A stretch of 64,000 nucleotides of DNA from an uncultured Planctomycetaceae bacterium (lineage in GTDB: Bacteria; Planctomycetota; Phycisphaerae; SM23-33): contig CAZSBS010000001.1 of NCBI GenBank assembly GCA_964605095.1, positions 4,790-68,789 of the forward strand. Reading direction: 5' to 3'. This document shows, piece after piece, positions 58,256 to 64,000 of this stretch. Every line of letters starts with the position of its first letter. Within the stretch, counting starts at the first letter, position 1. The position numbers and the translations under genes were made by a program. Under the pieces are notes generated by a model that searched no databases, had not been told where the DNA came from, and was given only the letters and a program-made list of their open reading frames with translations.

Positions 58256-59026
58256 TTACGTTTCAGCCTCCAACCCCCCGAAGCGGCGTTTTCTTCCCGC
58301 GTAGTCGCGCAGTGCCTTGTGGAGCTCTTCTTCGGTGAAGTCAGGCCAGTAGAGGTCGGTGACGTAGAACTCGGCGTATGACAGTTGCCAGAGCAGGAAG
58401 TTGCTGATTCTCAGTTCGCCGGAGGTTCGGATGAGCAGGTCCGGGTCGGGCACGCCGTGGGTGTCCAGCGACCGGGAGATGAGGTCCTCGTCGACGTCGT
58501 CGGGGGCGAGCTTGCCCTGTGCGACGGATCGTGCGATGTTGCGGATGGCGTCGGTCATCTCGACGCGGGCGGCGTAGTTCAGGGCCAGGCACAGGTACAT
58601 GCCCGTGCAGGCGGCGGTGGCTTCGGTGGAGGAGTCGATCTCGCGGAGCACGCCGTCGGGCAGGCCCGTGCGCCGGCCTATGTGGCGGAAGCGGATGTTA
58701 TGCTCCGACATCGTCTGGCGCTCGCGGGCGAGGTAGCGGGCGTAGAGGCTCATCAGGGCCGCGACTTCCTCAGCCGGGCGGTGCCAGTTCTCGATGGAGA
58801 AACTGTAGAGCGTAAGCGCGTCGAGCCCGATGTGGGCGGCCTCGGTCACGATTCTTCGGACGACCTCGGCCCCGGCAGCGTGCCCGGCTGTGCGAGGCAG
58901 GCCGCGCTGACGGGCCCATCGCCCGTTGCCGTCGAGGATGATGGCGACCGACCGCGGGATGTGCTCGACGCTCAACCCGAGCCTCGCGTGTGCGGCGGCG
59001 GTGGTTTGGGGCGTAACGCGGCTCAT
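58256..59026 (-). CDS. uppS: undecaprenyl-diphosphate synthase (cis-prenyltransferase)
   Basis: 256 aa; ...HIAIILDGNGRWA... and ...LTLYSFSIENWHRP..., ...RTSGELRISNFLLWQ... UppS signatures; track ORF N-terminus beyond 59026 spurious. Confidence 0.88.
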   Translation of the reverse strand: MSRVTPQTTAAAHARLGLSVEHIPRSVAIILDGNGRWARQRGLPRTAGHAAGAEVVRRIVTEAAHIGLDALTLYSFSIENWHRPAEEVAALMSLYARYLARERQTMSEHNIRFRHIGRRTGLPDGVLREIDSSTEATAACTGMYLCLALNYAARVEMTDAIRNIARSVAQGKLAPDDVDEDLISRSLDTHGVPDPDLLIRTSGELRISNFLLWQLSYAEFYVTDLYWPDFTEEELHKALRDYAGRKRRFGGLEAET

Positions 59027-60336
59027 TCCTTGAAGCCCCGGACCTGCGTGTTGTGGACGATTGTGGCCTCGCGGTCCGCCCCGACGCCGATGAATCCCAC
59101 GGGCCTGCCGATGAGGCCCTCGACGGCCTGGACGTACTCGCGGGCCTCGATGGGCAGATCCTCGAATCGTCGGGCGTCGGATATCTCCTGCTTCCAGCCC
59201 GGCAGGGTTTCGTAGACGCACTCGACGCCCTGAAGGGCCGTGGCGTCGAAGTCCAGCACGGCCTCTCCGGCGACGCGGTAGCCGGTGCATATTTTCAGTT
59301 CGTCGAATCCGCTGAGCACATCCAGCAGCGCCAGGGCCAGTTCGTTGGCGCCGGAGAGGTCCGCGGCGTACTTGACGGCGAATGCGTCGAACCATCCGCA
59401 GCGTCTGGGCCGGCCCGTGGTGGTGCCGTATTCGTGCCCCCGCTCGCGGATGCGGCAGCCGGAGGCGTTGTCCTGCTCGGTGGGCATAGGCCCGGCGCCG
59501 ACCCGCGTGGTGTAGGCCTTGACGAGCCCCACGACTCGCCCGACCGCCGACGGCGGCACGCCGGCGCCGGCGGGCACGCCGCAGGCCGTCACGGACGAGC
59601 TTGTTACGAACGGGTACGTGCCGTGATCGACATCCAGCAGGCTGCCCTGTCCGCCCTCGAAGAGGATCGGCTCGCGGACGGCGATGGCTCGGCGGAGCCT
59701 GGCGCCGGTGTTGGCGACCATGCCGGCAAGCTTTCGCCCGTAGTCGCAAAACTCCTGGACGATGGCTTCGACGTCCATCGGCTCGCTGGAGTAAAGGGCG
59801 GCGAAGGTGCGGTTCTTGATGTCGGCGATGCGGCGGATCTTCTCGCCCAGTTCGGCCTCATTCAGCAGATCGGCCACGCGGATGGCGGTCGATCGGCGGG
59901 CCTTGTCGGCGTAGCACGGGCCTATGCCGCGGGCGGTGGTGCCGATCTTGCCCTCGCCGAGGGAGCCTTCCGAGCCCGTGTCCTCGATTTTGTGCCACGG
60001 CATGACGACCTGGGCGGCGGCGCTTATCAGGAGGTTGCCGGGTCCGACGCTGACGCCGCGTTGCCGGAGGTGCTCGATCTCCTGCCAGGCGATGGTCGGG
60101 TCGAAGACCACGCCGTTGCCGATGACGTTCAGGACCTCCGGGCGGAGGATGCCGCAGGGGATCAGGTGCAGGGCGTACTTCTCGCCGCCGACGTGGACGG
60201 TGTGACCCGCGTTGGCGCCGCCGCAGAAGCGGACGACGTACTTGCAGACGCCCGAAAGGGCGTCAACCACCTTGCCTTTGCCCTCATCGCCCCACTGAAG
60301 GCCCACAACCGTGACGTTGACGTTCTGTGTGTCCAT
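59023..60336 (-). CDS. purA: adenylosuccinate synthetase
   Basis: MDTQNVNVTVVGLQWGDEGKGKVVD... P-loop and GNGVV...; 4-bp overlap with uppS. Confidence 0.9.
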   Translation of the reverse strand: MDTQNVNVTVVGLQWGDEGKGKVVDALSGVCKYVVRFCGGANAGHTVHVGGEKYALHLIPCGILRPEVLNVIGNGVVFDPTIAWQEIEHLRQRGVSVGPGNLLISAAAQVVMPWHKIEDTGSEGSLGEGKIGTTARGIGPCYADKARRSTAIRVADLLNEAELGEKIRRIADIKNRTFAALYSSEPMDVEAIVQEFCDYGRKLAGMVANTGARLRRAIAVREPILFEGGQGSLLDVDHGTYPFVTSSSVTACGVPAGAGVPPSAVGRVVGLVKAYTTRVGAGPMPTEQDNASGCRIRERGHEYGTTTGRPRRCGWFDAFAVKYAADLSGANELALALLDVLSGFDELKICTGYRVAGEAVLDFDATALQGVECVYETLPGWKQEISDARRFEDLPIEAREYVQAVEGLIGRPVGFIGVGADREATIVHNTQVRGFKE

Positions 60337-60493
60337 TACGCTACCATGAAAGGGGAGAAACTCCGCGGTCAACACAACCTGCTAAGGATAGCCCAAGCGG
60401 CGGGGCTGTCAAGTGGTTGGATTAAAACAGCCGGGAGCGCAGGGGCTCTCGCCAGGCCGCAAGCGACCGCCGCCGGTAAAGGATCCATTGGCA

Positions 60494-60794
60494 GACAAGG
60501 ACCAAATGACAAGCACCAAAATCCAAACAAGGACCAAGAAGATAAACAGCAAATCTCAAACAGGACAAAGAACCCCGGCGCCTTAAACCCCTAGGCCTTG
60601 CCGGGAGAGGTTTTTGACAGCCCGAAGGCCCGGGTCAGGGCGTCGCGGTTTGCCGAAGCCCTCTGGGCTGAGACACCATTGATGGGCGTCCTGTCTTTTC
60701 TTTGTTTCTTGTTTGGAATCTGCCTGCCGGCAGGTTTGCTGTTTTGCTGTTTGGTCCTTGTTTGTTCCTTGGTGCTTGCAACTTGGTCCTTGCC
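60494..60794. repeat. ~85-bp imperfect inverted repeat arms (A/C-rich vs G/T-rich) flanking ~110-bp GC-rich core
   Basis: gacaaggaccaaatgacaagcaccaaaatccaaacaaggaccaagaagataaacagcaaatc... vs rc of ...tttgctgttttgctgtttggtccttgtttgttccttggtgcttgcaacttggtccttgcc (~80% identical). Confidence 0.65.
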
Positions 60795-60974
60795 TAGAAG
60801 CGGCATCCCGCAGAGGTTTGTTGCACGCAACTTTGGATTTTGGCCACCCGTGCCGGCCCCGGCCGGGCGGCAAAAAAACTTGCTCGCGAAAAGGTGAAAT
60901 TGACTTTGTTCGCCCAGAGCGACTTGTATACAATACAGGCGTCGAATAATCATCTCTGCTTCAAGGAGTCGATC

Positions 60975-61241
60975 TTGGAAGCACCGCGCAGCAAGGCGAT
61001 GTTGTTAGGTTTGGGCCTGGACAATTATGACGGGCATACCCGCGTCACCCGCGGCGAGAACTTCCACCTGCTTGGCGGGTCGCAGGAGACCCACGAGGTC
61101 ATGCAGGACAAGTGCATCAGGTTTAACGAGAAGCTCCAGGCACGCGGCAAACACATGGGTGAGTTGGTGCGCCAGGAGTTTCTGGACATCGCGGCCGAGT
61201 GCGAGATGGCCGTCGCCACGCCGCGTCCCAGGCAGCCTTGA
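60975..61241 (+). CDS. hypothetical small protein (start uncertain: TTG 60975 after aaggag, or ATG 60999)
   Basis: ...MLLGLGLDNYDGHTRVTRGENFHLLGGSQETHEVMQDKCIRFNEKLQARGKHMGELVRQEFLDIAAECEMAVA; no family recognised. Confidence 0.35.
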   Translation: MEAPRSKAMLLGLGLDNYDGHTRVTRGENFHLLGGSQETHEVMQDKCIRFNEKLQARGKHMGELVRQEFLDIAAECEMAVATPRPRQP

Positions 61242-61398
61242 AACGGCCCCGGAAAAACATTTTTTTTGACTTGTCAGAAAACGCCAGAAGCTGCAAAATA
61301 TTGGTTGGCATATCGCATCGTCAGTAGTGGACAGGAGGTCCGGCAACACACCCAAGCGTTCCTGGGAGGGAACCTGGTTGTGCATATGGAGGCGGAGT

Positions 61399-61581
61399 AT
61401 GCGTGCATTTCGTCCGAGCCGGTTTGCGCCCGCGGAAGAATACGACGAGGATAACCAGCGGATCAAGGCCGCCAATCTCGAGCGCTACGTCAAGCGCGCC
61501 GAGAAGGGCACACCCCTCTTTGAAAGGGTGCGTTCAATGGCCGACATCAGGCGGGCTATCGATTTTTTCATGCGGGACTGA
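61399..61581 (+). CDS. hypothetical 60-aa protein
   Basis: RBS ggagg 61388; MRAFRPSRFAPAEEYDEDNQRIKAANLERYVKRAEKGTPLFERVRSMADIRRAIDFFMRD. Confidence 0.35.
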   Translation: MRAFRPSRFAPAEEYDEDNQRIKAANLERYVKRAEKGTPLFERVRSMADIRRAIDFFMRD

Positions 61582-61913
61582 GCTAGCAGGGCAGTGAACA
61601 AACTGTCTGTGCGCGTCCGGGCGTTTGCGGGTCCCCGGCCAGCCGCTGGACCGGTAGCGTTTTGGCCCGCCAAAGAGGCTGCGAACGCTCAGGTCGCAGT
61701 CTGGCGCCAAGGCGCAAACTCTTATTGCGGACTCGCTTCGGCACTGTCCTTCCCCCGTTTCCCGCTCGTTTTTTCGTTCCTGCCGATTCTTGTTATTGAC
61801 AAGTGGGTCCGCCTCCCGTAATAAGTTTCGAGCATAACGTATGCGCAGTGGCGGTCCTTGTCTCTCAGGCCACAGGGGTCGGATGGGCCGGATCGCCAAG
61901 GCGGCAGGAAAGG

Positions 61914-63221
61914 ATGAATCCAATGGATTTCACCAAAACCTTGTCGGGGCGAATGATTCCGCGGGCCATTCTGGCCGGCCTGTGCCTGGCTGGCGTCGCT
62001 GCTGGCGGACAGGAGCCAAACGCCCCGGCCCCCGCGGCAAACTGGCTGGAGGCCCTCGGTTCCCGCGAGTCCCTGACCGACGGCTTTGGTGGGGCAGCCC
62101 AGCCGCTCGAGGACCGGGGCATTCACTGGTGCCTGGCCGCGACGCAGGTCTACCAACTCAACCTCCACGGCGGCCAGGCCACGCACCGCCGGGCGGGGCG
62201 GTACGAAGGCAGCTACGACCTCGACCTCGAGTTCGACCTGGAGAAACTCGCCGCTCTTCGCGGCGGCAAGTTCTTCATGGGAGTCGAGGGAAGTTGGTCC
62301 GACGGGTTGGACGCATCGTCGATCGGCAGCCTTTTCGGCGTCAATGACGCCGCCGCCGGTGACGAGGCCGTCATGCTCAGCGAAGCATGGTACGAGCAGA
62401 GTTGGCTCGACGGGCGGATGTTGCTGCGCGTCGGCAAGGTGGACCTGACGGGCACGGTGCTGTGCCACAACTGCCCCGTGGCCTTCGACGGCAGCATGTA
62501 TGCCAACAACGAGACTGCCCAATTCCTCGATGGCGCCCTGGTAAACAACCCGACGATCCCGTTCCCGGACAATGGACTGGGCATGATGCTGCACACGGAG
62601 CCTCTGGAGGGGTTCTACATGTCGGCCGGCGTGGCCGACGCCCAGGGCGACGCCCGCGAAACCGGCTTCCGCACGGCCTTCCACGGGCCGGACAACTTCT
62701 TCGGGATATTCGAGACGGGCGTCGTTCCGCGTCTGGGCGGGATGGACGGCGCCTACCGCGCGGGCTTCTGGTACGATCCCCAGCCGAAGGACCGGCTGAC
62801 ACATGGAGTAAAGCGCGACGACATGGGCCTGTACGTCTCCTGCGACCAGATGGTCTACAAGGAGGTAAAGGACGACCCGAACGACAGCCAGGGCCTGGGC
62901 CTCTTCACTCGTTGGGGCTATGCCCATAGCGACGTGGCGGAGATCACGCACTTCTGGTCGGCGGGCGGGCAATACCAGGGCCTTCTGCCCGGCCGGGACA
63001 ACGACGTACTTGGCGTTGGTGTCGCCCAGGGCCTGCTTAGCGATTATGCCTCTCCGGCCGGGCGGGAAACCAACGAGACGGCCATCGAGGCCTACTATAA
63101 CGCGAGGGTCTGCCCCTGGCTGAACATCACGGGCGACGTGCAGTACATCATCCATCCCGGCGCCAATTCTGGCGAGGACGACGCCGTGGTAATTGGCGCA
63201 CGCGCGCAGATGAGTTTTTGA
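61914..63221 (+). CDS. carbohydrate-selective porin OprB family
   Basis: signal peptide MNPMDFTKTLSGRMIPRAILAGLCLAGVAAG; OprB-like beta-barrel; ends ...ARAQMSF. Confidence 0.7.
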   Translation: MNPMDFTKTLSGRMIPRAILAGLCLAGVAAGGQEPNAPAPAANWLEALGSRESLTDGFGGAAQPLEDRGIHWCLAATQVYQLNLHGGQATHRRAGRYEGSYDLDLEFDLEKLAALRGGKFFMGVEGSWSDGLDASSIGSLFGVNDAAAGDEAVMLSEAWYEQSWLDGRMLLRVGKVDLTGTVLCHNCPVAFDGSMYANNETAQFLDGALVNNPTIPFPDNGLGMMLHTEPLEGFYMSAGVADAQGDARETGFRTAFHGPDNFFGIFETGVVPRLGGMDGAYRAGFWYDPQPKDRLTHGVKRDDMGLYVSCDQMVYKEVKDDPNDSQGLGLFTRWGYAHSDVAEITHFWSAGGQYQGLLPGRDNDVLGVGVAQGLLSDYASPAGRETNETAIEAYYNARVCPWLNITGDVQYIIHPGANSGEDDAVVIGARAQMSF

Positions 63222-63296
63222 TGGCCGATAGGGCCGGCATTACCGCACTGTCCAGGAGAGCCCCACTCAATTTGGCTTGGTTCGGGACCGGGATTG

Positions 63297-63328
63297 TAGT
63301 ATTACGATATTTTGAGAACGTAATATTC
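63297..63328 (+). promoter_or_regulatory. dyad-symmetric candidate operator TATTACG-N12-CGTAATA upstream of cbiM
   Basis: agtattacgat attttgag aacgtaatatt, 22 bp upstream of cbiM ATG, overlapping -10-like taatat. Confidence 0.3.
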
Positions 63329-63349
63329 TCAGAGAAGAGGAGAGCAACG

Positions 63350-64000
63350 ATGCACATGGCTGACGCACTGATTTCGCCCGCGGTCGGCGGGACGATGTGG
63401 GCTGTTGCCGGCGGGCTGATCGGCTACAGCGCCCGGAAGATGCGGCACTGCCTCGACAGCAGCCGAGTTCCGCTGATGGGGGTGTTGGGCGCGTTCGTGT
63501 TCGCCGCCCAAATGGTGAACTTCTCCATTCCGGGCACCGGTTCCAGCGGGCACCTGGGCGGCGGGCTGTTGCTGGCGATCATGCTGGGTCCGCCAGCGGC
63601 GTTTATAACCATCGCATCCATCCTCACCGTGCAGGCGATGTTCTTCGCCGATGGCGGCCTGCTCGCGCTGGGATGCAACATCGTCAACATGGGCCTGATG
63701 CCATGCTTTATCGCGTATCCGCTGTTGTACCTGCCCCTGGTGGGCAAGAAGCCCACGCGGGGGCGCATCGCCCTGGCGGCGACAGTGGCGGCGGTGGTGG
63801 GCCTGCAACTCGGGGCACTGGGCGTGGTTTTCGAGACAACGATGTCGGGCATTTCCGATTTGCCGATCGGCAAGTTCATGCTCCTGATGCAGCCGATCCA
63901 TTTGGCGATCGGCCTGGTCGAGGGGCTGGTCACGACGGCGGTGGTGACCTTCATTTGGCAGGCCCGGCCGGAGGTGCTCGACCTTGCCGATTCTGTCGGC
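63350..64000 (+). CDS. cbiM: ECF-transporter substrate-specific component CbiM/NikM, 3'-truncated at window edge
   Basis: RBS agaagaggagag; MHMADALISPAVGGTMWAVAGGLIGYS... canonical CbiM N-terminus; ORF runs to window end (not in track). Confidence 0.8.
   Translation, partial: MHMADALISPAVGGTMWAVAGGLIGYSARKMRHCLDSSRVPLMGVLGAFVFAAQMVNFSIPGTGSSGHLGGGLLLAIMLGPPAAFITIASILTVQAMFFADGGLLALGCNIVNMGLMPCFIAYPLLYLPLVGKKPTRGRIALAATVAAVVGLQLGALGVVFETTMSGISDLPIGKFMLLMQPIHLAIGLVEGLVTTAVVTFIWQARPEVLDLADSVG

Noticed and set aside
58385-60594. Plus-strand ORFs 58385..59215 and 59053..60594
   Set aside because: Antisense to clear uppS and purA genes
19173-60794. CRISPR array interpretation of the short-motif repeat blocks
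   Set aside because: Units are irregular, lack uniform spacers, and each block is followed by its own reverse complement; no cas genes in window
61722-63155. 477-aa minus-strand ORF opposite oprB
   Set aside because: Antisense artifact; + strand has signal peptide and porin C-terminal Phe
63222-63349. Cobalamin or NiCo riboswitch upstream of cbiM
   Set aside because: Leader is only ~128 nt and lacks a B12 box (gccactg) or the NiCo conserved helices; only a dyad operator-like site is evident

Overview
This window is a high-GC (~62%) bacterial chromosomal segment with strong third-position GC bias, which I used throughout to pick the real strand. Gene content (DUF1559-type prepilin, PSCyt1-like domain, a DUF1570 HEXXH protein, a sigma factor with a long N-terminal extension, low-complexity tails on ribosomal proteins) suggests Planctomycetota; this is an inference, not a search result.

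Positions 1-17.7 kb hold a complete, collinear ribosomal-protein superoperon on the + strand: fusA (5' end cut by the window), then the S10, spc and alpha blocks, rpsJ through rplQ, including secY, adk, map, rpmJ and rpoA. The ORF track misses three real genes in this stretch (rplX, rplF, rplR are hidden under longer out-of-frame ORFs) and rpmJ (too short). tuf is absent between fusA and rpsJ, and infA is absent between map and rpmJ.

The rest of the window is mixed housekeeping and accessory content:
- a HIT protein and two cyclophilins;
- a PadR regulator, a C-terminal-Phe beta-barrel outer-membrane protein, and an NMT1/SsuA-type ABC transporter (binding protein, permease, ATPase);
- a cellulose-synthase-like family 2 glycosyltransferase (GT2), then tRNA-Leu(TAG) on the minus strand;
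- an unusual locus (described below), then tRNA-Cys(GCA);
- a PSCyt1-like protein, a coiled-coil lipoprotein, a sigma-70 factor with a 325-aa N-terminal extension, a DUF1570 HEXXH protein, a secreted sugar-phosphate isomerase, a DPM-synthase-like GT2;
- a HepT/MNT toxin-antitoxin pair, an NCS1 permease, a zinc alcohol dehydrogenase, purE;
- a minus-strand ExeA(GspA)-GspB-like-pseudopilin trio, a lysine-rich AT-hook-like protein;
- a minus-strand cluster of purA, uppS, arfB and a radical-SAM protein;
- an OprB porin and a 3'-truncated cbiM.

The most interesting region is 28.1-38.2 kb, which I propose as a candidate undescribed envelope system. Its parts, in order:
- two tandem paralogs with a zinc ribbon, one TM helix and a periplasmic vWA domain; each carries a conserved ~130-nt leader that is a degenerate copy of the 5' end of the downstream gene, and the second leader holds an intact 51-codon uORF whose stop overlaps the main start codon (ATGA);
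- a secreted helical protein;
- a single ExbB/TolQ-type stator with three ExbD/TolR paralogs, two of them recent duplicates;
- a 1226-aa secreted all-helical giant protein.
No TonB, TolA or Pal is recognisable.

A second recurring signal is a set of intergenic long imperfect inverted repeats built from strand-asymmetric simple sequence (an A/C-rich arm followed by its G/T-rich complement) at 19.2, 45.5, 51.5, 58.2 and 60.5 kb. A 268-bp multi-hairpin element with terminal inverted repeats sits next to a DUF4143 gene fragment at 18.3 kb.
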